In this document: positions 40,873-53,231 of the stretch, in pieces
How positions within the stretch are numbered: the stretch's first letter is position 1
How the letters are laid out: every line of letters starts with the position of its first letter
Assembly: GCF_018977255.1 (NCBI RefSeq)
Contig: NW_024704742.1
Span: 59,832,001-59,896,000 of the forward strand
DNA length: 64,000 nt
Direction: 5' to 3'
DNA from: Callorhinchus milii
Taxonomy: Eukaryota
Notes under the pieces: model-generated
Seen by the model: the letters and a program-made list of their open reading frames with translations, nothing else
Told to the model about the DNA's origin: nothing
Database searches by the model: none
Position numbers and translations under genes: made by a program

Positions 40873-42609
40873 GCTGTTTGTTGCTTGGATGATGTTGGAA
40901 TGAAAGCCACCAAATGTTGTTCCTAAAGGTGGCTTATCAGCCTGTGCATTACTAAACTACGAAAGATGCTGCTGTGAATCTTTGCAATACTTTGCAAAGT
41001 GAAAGATATATATTCTCCAAGATGGAAATCATAAGAATCCTTGTACACTGGGTAGCAAAATAGCTGGAGGCAACAGTTTCAAGGCTCACGTTGCATAAAT
41101 GTTTTTGATTGTTGGTAGAACAGGAGAGCTTGGAGAAGCTGTACTAAGTCGGCAGGTTAGTCCAGCTATTATCCATAGCTCGACTCAGCAACTGATTATT
41201 TGTTCTGCAAGTAAGAGTTATCAGAGTGAAATGTGGACCATGTGCTGTAATAATTATTACAGAACATTCTGGTCTGGTTGAAGTTTAATGTCACGCCCTA
41301 CACTCCAGCTTTATTGAATTGGTTGGACTAAAAGCCACTTGTACATTTGGCATTCCTTGAAATGTAGTGTTTGAGTACGGTATACTCACTTAACCAAAGT
41401 AGCAGAATTAAACAAGCAACACACTGACTGGCACCCAAAAAAGTTATTTTGGCAAATCCAATGGTTAAGTCTTGGATTGCAATGTAAACAGGAACCTGAA
41501 GCCATTTGTTTGTGCCTATGGTCACCTCCCCTCACTTCCCAGCTCAGTATCAAGATGCACCACTGTTAAGCACTCGGAGCCACAGCTGTGTGAAAGATAT
41601 TATATTAATACAAATTGTTGTTATTGTCATTTAAATGTGCCGTACTCTTGGCATGTTTCACATAAAAGGGGGGTGTGGTTTGCCAAATTAAAATGTACGT
41701 CAATAAAAATAGGTAATGTATAATTGCATTATAGTCGAATGGAACTTTTCATCCTCTTTTTCCTCTAAACTTCTCCATTCTAATCTGTGGTGATATTCCG
41801 GATAACTCAAAATGTATTGAAGCTGCAGTAACCTGTAATTACAATTTTACGGTGTAAAGGTCGAAAGTTTACCCAGTATAATTCACATGTGTACATGATC
41901 CATCTTGAAGATGTTTCATTGTCCATATCAGGCATTAAGATCAAGAACTGTATAATTTAGATACATACAATGCCGATTTCCATTCTCTGCGTCTGTTCCT
42001 GATTCTGTGGTTGTCAGGGGGCAAAAACAGAGGACAGAGATACGAGCATGTTAACTAAATCTGACATGAACGAAGGATAACTTGTAAGAAATATCATCTA
42101 GAATCTTAAATGCAGCCTTTAATATTGAAGAAGGTTTTTTCTGTAAAATATGTTAAGAACAACAGAAAACAAACTTCAGAGTAATGCTGCTCAAATCTGG
42201 CTGCTCTGAAATGCTACATAAATGGTTAAAATGTAGAGCAAGGTGGGATTTCTCCCCATCTCCAACAAATAATTAACCTAAAAAAGACTTTTATACAACA
42301 CAATGTGACACGTTAGATTGATGCCTGATTCTTGAATCAATTGATGCATTTCATTGCACTAGCATATATCATAAACTGGTGGTGTAGGATGCTAATGTGT
42401 CTGACAGCTATCTGATGAAGTTTGCTTCATTTTCTGGAATCAGAATTCTGTTTGATGGATAATGGGCTTTAATAGCACATCACTAAGATCAATTTACCTC
42501 TGCACATCACATTTTCAATTAACTTGTGTTAAAAGCTTGTTCAATTAAAAAAACAAGCTTATTCATTGAAAATGAAAGTTGCTCTTGAACTGACTCCAAT
42601 CCCATTGGA

Positions 42610-42870
42610 TCCATGAAAATTTTAGAGCAAAGCCAGCTAAAAAGTGAAACAAAAAAATGTCTTCACACAAAGGAGATGTGAGAATGTGGAATGTGGTGCC
42701 CCCAGAAGCTACAGATACAGGATCGATTGGGATGTTTAAAAGGGAGATCGATAGATGCTTGGGAAGACAGAATAATAAGGCAGCTAAATGGGATTAAAAG
42801 ATCTGTCTTGATTTAATAAAGAATGGAACAGCCTCGCCAGACTCAGTGATCTTCTCCTTTACCTAATATC
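42610..42870 (+). mobile_element. CR1 3' end, degenerate
   Basis: TTCACACAAAGGAGATGTGAGAATGTGGAAT..TTTAAAAGGGAGATCGATAGATGCTTG (FTQR..MWN..FKREIDRCL). Confidence 0.75.
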
Positions 42871-45094
42871 TGAAAGGTTTTGGTTTTGGTCTAGTGTCCG
42901 ACATGTGCAGAAAGCCATCTCCTTGATTATGAGTCCATATACACATGGACCTGCCCTTGAGGAATGTCAGGATCCCCGAAAGCTAACTGTAATGTTGGAT
43001 TGCACAGATTGACATAGATTGTACAGAAACAGCCATTTGGCCCAACTAGTCCATACCAATGCTTACACTCCATATGATTCTCTACCCACCCTTACTCCCT
43101 CTCATATCCTCTATTTTCTTCTCCCTCAAGTGTATGTTTAACTTTATCTTAAATGCATCTATAATCTAAAGATTCCTTTTCTTTATGTTCTCTTTGTATA
43201 TTTTGCAGCTTGCTCTTTCATGCACATTTTCTGAGGTGAGCAGGAAAAATGATTTGATTCTCAGGACTGCAGTGAATGGATTTCTCTCCCCGCCTTTCTA
43301 ATTTCCTGCCTTACTCTTCGTGCTTTGCACCACATACCGAGTGGCATTAAAAAATGTTGCAAATTTCAGCCTTTAGATTTAAAACTTGAAGAAATAAGGT
43401 GCAATTTAACTTATCTATTCCTAAGTAGTAATGCAAAACACAAGATAGCACCTTCATACGTTTCAGAAGCACCATTCGCCTCCATACAGGTATCTGAATT
43501 CACAAATATTCTGTAAAATATAACTGTGATACTGAAGTGGCTAGATATCACCTGCATCCTTATCAACATTTTGTGTTAGCATTAAAACACTTCTATTTAA
43601 CCCATGCATTTGACTTGTAGGCAGTTTTTCAATGTATTTTCCGTTAAAATGCATGTCTGTGAATTAGCGAGACCGAGTGCCTAGTTATCAGCATTTAATG
43701 GTATTAACAGGGAAATAATAATTTTCCCCAGCCCATCTCACTCCATGCTTAGCTTGTTGCTTAACCATCGTCTGAAATAATTCAGTTTAACCTTTCTCTC
43801 TTCCCTCCAAACATGCCATTGTAGTATGCATTGTGTGTTCACATATTGAACTTTACATATTTATTTCAGCCTCTTATGTGGTCTAATTATAGATCAATGC
43901 AGGAGAACCTGCTGATTCAGAATGTATCTGTTGAAACAGTCACCTACCAACATTCATAATCACTGCACTTTACAGAAAATCCTGTGTAGTACTTTGAGTC
44001 ATCCTCATGATGTGAATGGTGCTATGTCAAAATTGAATTTCCGGTACATCGATTGAAAGATTATTAAAAGTGATAAATTTTCCAAAACATTGAAATGTGA
44101 AAGAATATACATTTTGGAATAAAAATTATGTTAACCCCCACCCCCAGTCTAAAATGTAAAAAATAATAGATGACACGAAGCACTATGCATGACTATTTGA
44201 AAAATTAATTTGGCTTTGCTCACAGATTTACAATTTTTCACTGGCTTTCAGAGATAAATAAACAATGGTTTGACAAAGAGGAGAGGTATCATTTGTCCAG
44301 TGTAGTCCAAACTAGGGTAAATTACATGGTTGCAGTGGTTCATGAACTTGCTGTCATTCCATAGCCTACAGGCACTTTCTAACGAAACTCTAGGCTCCTG
44401 TTAACAAGTTTAGCTGTCAAAATGTTGCAGTGAAATGCAGTTCATGGTGATTTTAAAAAAGTGCACTGGCATAACAGCAATAGCAGCGCACATTTGTATG
44501 ATAAATAAAAGCATATTGAAACTTACTATCAAAGGAGCATTTGAAATATACACTATTAAAGGTAGCACTGTTACAAAGCAAGTACTGATTCACAATATTT
44601 TCAATAAAGTTCACTTTTTTTGCAGAAATTAAATGAAATGAGACTGCCAAAATCTATGGTGTTACAAAACCATTTCATCAAATGCAGATCACGCAAATCA
44701 TTCAGAATTGATTGTGAAGTTTTTAATCATAACCTTCATAATATAATATTCTATGCTGCTTCAATATTATTCTAAAATATGAATTAGACGAGAATTAAAC
44801 TATTAATTTTGTTTCACCTACATTCAGTAAAATGAAGTTGCCTCCACTCAATAGTATACTGTAGGAATTTGCTTGATAAGGTGCTGCTAACAATAAATTA
44901 ATTAAATGAGAATTCTTAGATAATAATAAAATAGAAATTTATATTTACATAGTGCCTTTCACATCAGCAGGTCGTCCCAAGATACTTAACAATACCGGCT
45001 AGGCACCTGAACTGGAGATGTGAGTTGAGGGGGTGGGAGGAGAAAGATAACCAAAAGGTTGTCAAAGATGCAGGTCTTCAGACCCTCATATTTC

Positions 45095-45440
45095 ATAATA
45101 ATAATAATCATCATGATTGCATTTGATATAGCTTCTCATCTCAAAGTGTTTCACAGAGTATACTGTAAGGTGTATTGACTGTATATTTTGTGGGCGAAAT
45201 GCGGCAGCCAATTGCTCACAGCAGTGTTCCACAAACAGTCGTGGATTGAGTGACCTTTTTTTTAAGGGATTATTATCCCCAGAAAGTGATCTGCCAATCG
45301 AGTAACAATCAGGTTCCTACTTACTGCTAGGTAAACAGAGGCGTGTGGAGTAAGGAAACTTGTCTAAGGTTTCGCCCCAATCCATCCGGGAATTGAACCC
45401 GGCGCCTCTCGCTTGCGAGGCGAGTGCTCTAACCACTACA
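45095..45440 (-). mobile_element. tRNA-SINE family A, full length, low divergence
   Basis: Head GTGGTTAGAGCACTCGCCTCGCAAGCGAGAGGCGCCGGGTTCAATTCCCGG; CpG-rich; L2 tail abuts at ~44925-45085. Confidence 0.9.
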
Positions 45441-47139
45441 CTCTAATGAGGTTCTCAGGAAAGGAAGTTTTACTATTATTGGCACTTTCAATAATAATAA
45501 TAATCCTTGCATTTGATCTAGTGCCTTATCACATCTTATAAGAGTTAACTTTAAGAGTTATAAGTAGGAATGCTGCAGTATTGGAGTTATAAAGGTAAAT
45601 GTTACAGTATTCCAAAATGCTTTCCACTATTTATCTAAGAAATAGTATTGGAATTTATACTCAAAACTGTAGTTTTAAACAATTAAATGTTTAATACCAG
45701 GTTTGGAATACTCTGCTATCCCTTAGGCATTTCACACCAATTTGGCTGCAATTTGTAAAAAAAATTATAAACAAGACTGGGATTTTGGTTTCTAGTTGCT
45801 AGAATGGCATTTTAACATTTTAATTTATTTTTAGGCCAGTATCTGGCAATGAAGTGTGAAATCCACATTTTCTGTGGTCCCAGACTAAAACAGAGGTTCA
45901 AGGTGTTTAGTTTCAAACGATAAATTAAATTCAGTTTCCAGTCAATAAAGTACTCCTTAATTATTCCAGATGATAATTAATAAACAAAATCCATTTAGGA
46001 ATACCACAGTTGTCAAATGCAATGAAAAAGTTAGTCAATAACAAGATTCTCTTCCCCCGACTGGCAGTGGTCAATCAAATAAAAGATTAGAGTCAAACCA
46101 CTTTCAGAATAAGCAAGTCCACAGTCTTCGCGCCCAACGATTGTAACAGAGCTCGAAAGCGTAGATCATAACTTTAAATAAGTCATCATTTACCAGCCTT
46201 GATGACCACATTTACCAACAATGATAAGAATAATTATTGTCAGAGAAATTAAACGCGATAGGTAATTTTAACTGTGCCATACATCAGCAATTAGGCGTTC
46301 AGTACTAGTGGGTTAAATAATTTAAATGCTGACCTTCAAAAGACAGGTACAAGATCTGCAACTGTGAAACAATCAAAGCTCTGTATGATATATTTGTCAA
46401 GCCACTGCTCTACTCTTTTTATTGTCTGAGCCTTTCAACTGTATCACAGTCTTGGAAATGCATTAATAAATATTTATGACTGTTAAATTGTTATTAGGTG
46501 CTGTAAAATATAAGCATTCAAATCCAGTTGCAGACCTTAGAAGTGAAAGTTGAATAAACTACGAACAACCTGAACTGTAGACGTATCAATTAGCAACTAA
46601 CACTCTGGGGTTTAAGAAACAGTTGAACAGGAGTCCAGGCACCTCATGTTGGAAAAATTGCCTTAAGATACAACGTACATCTGCAGGGGAATCCATGTAC
46701 TTCAGGCTCATAACAACTAGAATGATTTGGCTCAGACTCGAGAGGGTCTGCAGGAGATGAACTTCACGTCCTGAAGGATTTTCCAGGCACAAGGTAATGT
46801 TTTCAAAGTCGCATGTTTTATGAAAATATGTTCTTTGTTCCCACTTTTTCAACCCCATAGTTTCAAATCAAGGACACATCTCAAGCTTGAAGATGATATC
46901 AACTGAAACAAAGCTCGATGTGTCAATAAACAATGGTGAGCTCCTGGGAGTGTGACATTTAGAAGGAGGTGTTTCCCAAGTTGCATTGCAAAATAAACCA
47001 GTCATAAAAGAGAGGTTCTGATTGTGGTTGAAATTCGTGAAGTAATAGTAACTTCAGCGGAAAAAATTGCAATTTGCAAACATATATAAATATTCTTTGT
47101 TTTCAAAATTGATGATTATGGCAATATGTCAAAGTCAGA

Positions 47140-47660
47140 GCAAACATAGCTTGTACTTATATAATGCTTCTTACACAAAAGGATATGTCAAAACCCTTGA
47201 CAAATACTCTACAGTGGTGATCACCATGTGGAGAAAGAAGAAATTTGAAGATGTTGAAGGAAGGCACGTTTGAATGACATATGGATTTAGGAGAGTTTTG
47301 AAGGCAGCAAGAGGAATGCACTGCAAAGTGGTTTTGGAGGAGAATTTCTGAAGGCATGCATACAATGCTGAAAGTTCAGTTACTAATAGTGGAATGAAGA
47401 GAGTGGAGAATGAGCAATAGATCAGTTGGAAGAGTATAAAGTACAGGCTGGAATATAGGGCTGGAGAAGATTATATTATGGGGTAGGATGGGTGGAGATC
47501 ATGAAGGGATATTAAGATCTGGTCAAGGATCTTAATCTCAAACTTTCTGAAATTTTGGGAGTCAAATGGTACTTGGAGCGCATAGGTGTAAAGGGTACAC
47601 AGAGCCATGTATGGGAGAGAGCTCAGGCTGCAGAATTTTTCATTTGCGAGACTTTGCAAA
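47140..47660 (-). mobile_element. Old L2 3' fragment
   Basis: CIPLAAFKTLL; KFEIKIL..LHDLHPSY; tail at ~47150. Confidence 0.6.
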
Positions 47661-48274
47661 GAAATCAAAAAGGAAGTTCTGATAGAAAGAATTTACTTTT
47701 TATTTAGCTAAATTATATTCACAATGTTCAGTGATATTTAAACAATTAAATGCTCTTCAGTTTCCGACGCTCAGATTGCAACTTATTGCTATGCCACTGC
47801 ACACAATCCTCAGGCATGTGGCATCAAGGAAACTGAAGATATTTCACAGATGACGGTGAGTTATGACACATCTCTCATGAGTCTGAAAGTCTAATAATTC
47901 ACAAGTTCTACAAGGGTGAGTGAGTTATGATTTTTTTTCATTTCAGAAGAAAAATACTTGGAACTCACTATTGCCTGCAAGATTTTCTCACATCTGAGAA
48001 CAACATTAAGATTTTTTTAATGCATTTTCTAACAGCATATGCAGCTGCTGGCTGTTAAGTTGTCATTTTATACATGCACATGAATCATTACATTTAATTT
48101 TCAAGTGCATAAATTATTTATCATATGGGTAGTGACGTTCTCAATCATGACTATAGAATACATACAGGATATCCCAAGGGCAACAGCATAACCCTTTACA
48201 AGTGTGAAAGTCTTATGAATCTTGAGTCACAGATATGAAGAAATCAATTTTTTTACTTGAAGTAAAAAGAAGCC

Positions 48275-48705
48275 ATGTGGCAGCCTGGGTCAGTTTGTAG
48301 CACTCTTGTGTCTGAGCCAGAAAGTTGTTGATTCAAGTCCCATGTCAGGACTTTGAACTCATCTCGTCTAGGCTGATACTCCAATGCAATGCTGGGGAGA
48401 GTTGCATTGTTGGAGGTGGCGTCTTTCAGATGAGATGTTAAACTGAGGTTCAATCTGCCTTTTCAAATGAATAATAAAGATCGCATGGCACTATTTGAAA
48501 AGAGAAGAGAATTTCTCCCAGTATTCTGACCAACAATCACCCAAAAAAAAATTGTCATTTACTTCATGGATGTATGTGACATTACTGTGTGCAAATTGGC
48601 TGTGACATTTTTGCCTACAAAATACACTGCAAAGTATGTCCTGTGAAGTGTTATGCCTCATGCAGTCAATGTTAAAGTCATGATATCAAGTATAAGGATT
48701 AGTCT
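48275..48705 (+). mobile_element. Deu-domain tRNA-SINE family B, near full length
   Basis: Head GGGTCAGTTTGTAGCACTC..GATTCAAGTCCC; core GGAGGTGGCGTCTTTCAGATGAGATGTTAAACTGAGG..GATCGCATGGCACTATTTGAAAAGAG. Confidence 0.85.
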
Positions 48706-48764
48706 ATTTTGATAAAAACCATATTAGATACATTATATAACTGTATCTAAATCATTTTCATGCC

Positions 48765-49702
48765 ACTTAATACAGAACAAGAGGACACATGTTTACAGTT
48801 GCAGAGGGTGTTTTGAGGACAGATACCAGAAAGTTTTTCTTTATCCAAAGATAATCAATTGTCAGCTTGGCTCAGAGGGTAGTACTCTGCCTCTAAGTCA
48901 GAACATTGTGGTTCATTTTGGGTCTTGAAATCCTTATTGTCTATGCTGATACTGTTAGAATATACACTTTTTGTATACTGCTAAAATCATAATAGATGTT
49001 GTGAATGGGTTAACCTTTAAGTTAAGTGTGGGGGACAACTGTACTGACAGTCATGGGATAGGACACATCTAGTTTTCTCTGTTTTTGAAAGAATAACAGA
49101 CAGGGGCAGGGGGTCATCTCTTATCAGTAAATGACAACAAGCCACAGAGGTAACGGTCCAAGGTACCGGTCAACACAGGATCTCGACTTAGCAACAAGTC
49201 GCTAGACTCTGACAGGGCCTGCCAAGCGACAGAAGGCAACCCTCAAGAATAGCAACTAATGAGCAAGTTGCTTAAACTAGAGGACCTTGGTACCATCCCG
49301 GGATACTGATAAGGAATAACCAGTCACTTAAAAGGAATGTACTAATGATCCCACATCACAAAATAATGAACACCAGATACAGCCCTAAACTTTGTCCACA
49401 AAAATACATAGTCACACCACAATATATCCTGTGAAGTGCTTTTAGCATCTCAATGATGTGATAAAACGCTATATTAAATACAAGTATATATATGCGATAT
49501 AAATTGATTTAGTTATATATTTAATAATTTTTATCGACTGGAATATGTTGAAGGATGGATGGTTGAGACAAGATACTGGACTCATTTTTTAAAATATCAG
49601 CTTGATGTTGTAATGGGAGGATTGTGGAGTGGTTATGCTGGAAGAATGAGATCAGATAGGATGAAGGTGCTTCTGCATCCAAACTATTCTTGTGATTTTA
49701 TG
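48765..49702 (+). mobile_element. CR1 3' end split by a family-B SINE that itself carries a ~370-bp insertion
   Basis: CR1 at 48765-48860 resumes at ~49530; SINE head 48861-48952 and tail ~49325-49490; foreign block starts TGTTAG at 48953. Confidence 0.65.
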
Positions 49703-50746
49703 AATATTCGCCCACAAAATATACAGTCAATTCACTTTACAGTATATTCTGTGAAGCACTTTGAGACGTCTCGAAGAAGTGAAAGACTCTATATCAAATG
49801 CAAGGATTAATATATTATTATTATTCATGTGTGAACCTTGATATTGGAGTCTAACATATGTTATTATAAAAACACAATAAAAACAACAAATTACATTTAT
49901 GTAGTGCCTGTCACCAGGAAGAATTTCTAATTGCTTCATACAACTCACAGAGAATGTTTGGCATAAGGTAAAATTGACACTTATATAATTTGTTTCATGC
50001 AGGTTTAATATTGCAAAGCATTTTACAGAGACAAGGAACACTGAGTGGGAAGGAGAGGAAGGAAAAACACATTTTCTCATTCCCTTGTTCATTCATTGGG
50101 AAACAAGATCTTACTCATTAACTCACTCACTCAATCTATAGGAAACATAAATCTAACTCACCTCATTTACTCACTTACTTGCTCGCTCACGACTTAATCG
50201 ACAAGCCATAGTTGCTAGAATTGGATTTGGGGTGTTATATATACCCGATGTTGCGCTCTGTACCCAAAGTGAAAGCACTTGAGTTTGTTTGGCCAAAACA
50301 TTTTGAGTTTGGATGTTTCAAGCCCTTTTGTTGTGAAACAGGAACACATTGTTCAGTAGCATGAGGAATTTTGTGCACAAAATATAATCTATTCATTCAA
50401 CAATATATTCTGTGAAGCGATTAGAGACATCTCAAAGACGTGATAAGGTGCTAAATCAAATGCAAGGATTATTATTATTGTTTTCACTGTCGTATTGCCA
50501 ATAGAATAAGTTTCTTCAGCTCAAGACTAAGTATAAATGGTTCATTTTCTGCCCTGTTTGGTCAATCAGGAAACTGACTCTTAATGAGCAGGAGTAAATG
50601 GCTACTTAGTGATTGATAATCTGATTAGGAAGGGCAAACAACGACTTCCTGTGTTGCTGGATCTGTAGATATTTGATTGCCCACAATCTAGAAGAAAGGG
50701 ATGACTGATATGCCCTAGTTAGCTTCTTGATCTCTCACTACTTTTC

Positions 50747-51435
50747 TGGAGTCTCGTAATATAGTGGTTAGCATGTTTGCCTTGCAAGCAAGAGAATCCG
50801 GGTTCAATTCCCGAGCGGGGTGAAACATTAGGCAAGTTTCCTTACTCCACATGCTTCTGTTTTCTCAGCAGTAAGTGGGAATCTGGTTATTAATCAAATG
50901 GCGGATCTCTTTCAGGCAGTAATAATCCCTCAAATCCACGACTGTTTGTAGAACATGGCTGCTGCATTTCACAAAATACACAGTCAACCCACTTTACGTG
51001 GAGTCCTGTAGCTCAGTGGTTAAAGCACTCGCATTGAAAGTGAGAGACCTAGGTTCTATTCCTGGCAGAGCAAAATGTTAGGCAATTGTCTTTACTCCAC
51101 ATGCCTCTGTTTACCTAGAAGTAGAAAGGAACCTCGTTGTTAGTCGACTGGTGGATTGCTTTTCCAGGGATAATAATCCCTAAAAAAAAATAATTTGGTC
51201 ACTCAATCCACAACTGTTTGTGGGACACTACTGTGTGCAATTGGCTGCCGTGACCCACAGTCAATTCACTTGAAGGTATATTCTGTGAAGTGCTTTGAGA
51301 CAACTAGAAGACGTGAAAAGTGCCATATCAAATGCAAGGATTATTATTATTATTTACAATATATTCTGCGAAGTGCTTTGAAATATCTCGGGAACATGAT
51401 AAGGTCCTATATCAAATGCAAGGATTATTATTATT
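50747..51435 (+). mobile_element. Tandem SINE family A array: two heads plus duplicated tail
   Basis: Heads at 50747 and 50997 each with A/B boxes; tail repeated at ~51275-51352 and ~51353-51435. Confidence 0.9.
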
Positions 51436-52149
51436 TGCTTTCATCTTTTCCACTTGTTTGAAGGAACCATTTTTTTTACCAAGTCTGTTTTACACCAATT
51501 GGAGTAAACAGCTGAGGTTTGTGAAATAAGAGTCTGGGAAAAACGGTGGAACTATCATATTCTTGTATCCATTTCAAAATATGCTCAAAAAATATTGCAC
51601 AAAATCTAACAATCATTACTTCCAGATGAAACATTCCAAAATGGCAAAGTTCTATTAAACAATATGAAAAGTATAAAAAGAAGCAAATTGGCTGTGTAAT
51701 GAAACATGGCCAAGTAAATGATTTTGAGATGAAGAGCTTTTGGGCTCACTCACTCAAAGGTGGCATGAACCATCAATAGTATCTGTAATTCTGTATCCTC
51801 TTTCAAGTGTAAGCTCCTAGTTCTCAACAACATGTGGCTGTTTTTGTAAAACATTTGGAGAACTGCAAAAGGAAAAGTTTTTCTAGGATTTTGCCAAAAT
51901 TATTTTATTCCTCAACAGACACAGTCACTTTATTTCAGATTCATGCTCACCACGTTTATTTAGTATTTCAAGAATTTCCTACTTTAAATTGCATCTTGGT
52001 CATGAAGAATTTGTTTATATGATAATTTTACAGCAGCATATTAGCATCTATATCCTGGCTCTTTGGTATGTGTAGAATGCTTAATAAAAATGTTGTTATA
52101 TGGTCTGATCCTTTGAATTTTATTTAGTGGGTCATCTGACACTCCTACT

Positions 52150-52340
52150 AATAATAATTCCTGCATTTGATATAGAACCTTTCATGTTAATAGGATGGCT
52201 CAAAATGCTTTACAGGATTTACTGAAAAGTATAGTGACTGCATTTTATAAATGAATAAGACAGCAAATTTCAGCATAGCAATGTCCCACAAATAGCCATG
52301 AAGTCAATGACCAATTTTATCTTGGGGATTCTTGGCCAAA
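52150..52340 (-). mobile_element. SINE 3' half
   Basis: AATAATAATTCCTGCATTTGATATAG..GCAATGTCCCACAAATAGCCATGAAGTCAATGACC. Confidence 0.75.
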
Positions 52341-52349
52341 ACTCCAGCA

Positions 52350-52860
52350 GAAACATCCGTCTCTTATGGATATAAAACACGAGTTCAGCAGTTGCAGTCA
52401 TATAACTAATATTGTACCACCTATATTTGTTGACTTGGCTCTGTGCCTGTGAAGGGAGGCTTGAGAAGGCATGAAATAATCAAGAAGATTCTGGGAAAGA
52501 AGGAAATCGTGTGTGAAGATGTGGTCATCACCCCCAGCAACTTGTACATTTACTGAGGGAAAACTTTCCCTGTTCCAGAAAGCAATTTTGTTCACTGAAG
52601 GTATTTGCAGTTCCACATGAGTGGAAACAATGCCCCAAGGGCTCCTAAAAAGCTGCTGTAATAAAACGAGTTTGTTGTTTGACATTGATACTCAGGGAGG
52701 GTTTAGTGAAGTCAATATAGTCACCTGCTCAATTGGCCAACAGTTTTGTAAACTAGCTGATTTACTGAGGCTCACAAAGACCCCTATGTATAAATGAATA
52801 GCATTGAAGTTAACAGTGTCCATAATCCTCAGTATTGTTGGCAAATCCTTCAAGTTACCC
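52350..52860 (-). pseudogene. Degenerate PIF/Harbinger (HARBI1-like) DDE transposase remnant
   Basis: ORF 52398..52685 WGIVSTHVELQIPSVNKIAFWNRESFPSVNVQVAGGDDHIFTH..DYFMPSQASL follows the family pattern GAIDCTHVAIKAP..YVNRKGFHSINVQ.VCD..FT..PGS.HDSFILRQSSL; upstream AGDYIDF in another frame; first catalytic D lost. Confidence 0.72.
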
Positions 52861-52986
52861 ATCAGAACTGTCCAATATTCCACACAAAGGCCTGCTGATG
52901 AGCAAGGTTGGCTGATGTCTGTCATCAGCAGAGCTCTGATGCATTGCAGACCCATCTAGTTTTGGAAACAGTATTCAGAGACCACT

Positions 52987-53125
52987 TCCTCTCTCTCTCT
53001 CTCCCCTCTCTCTCAATCACTTTCTCCTCTCTCTCTCTCTCTCTCACACACTCTCTCCCGCACACTCTCTGTGTTTCTCTCTCTCTCCCTCTCCCTGACA
53101 CACTCCCTCTGTGTCTCCCTCTCTG
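52987..53125. repeat. (CT)n-rich microsatellite next to an L2 tail (53126-53228, minus)
   Basis: CTCTCTCTCT runs followed by CAACAACAACTTTCATTTATGTAGCGCCCTTCAC. Confidence 0.85.
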
Positions 53126-53231
53126 TCAACAACAACTTTCATTTATGTAGCGCCCTTCACACAGTGAAGCATCCCAGAGCGCTTGACAGTGGCGGATCAT
53201 GATGCCGAGCCAGGGGGAGGTAAGCGTAGGC

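Noticed and set aside
46586..46858. Possible coding exon (90-aa ORF; AG/GTAATG donor near 46792 on plus)
   Set aside because: No recognisable protein in the frames I read and no convincing acceptor/donor pair
50997..51070. tRNA genes at A/B-box sequences
   Set aside because: These are SINE heads that run straight into SINE bodies, and copies vary too much for functional cloverleaves
52890..52940. Hammerhead ribozyme or C/D snoRNA suggested by CTGATGA
   Set aside because: No stem II followed by GAAA and no cleavage triplet arrangement; too short for a C/D snoRNA; the motif is paired within a stem
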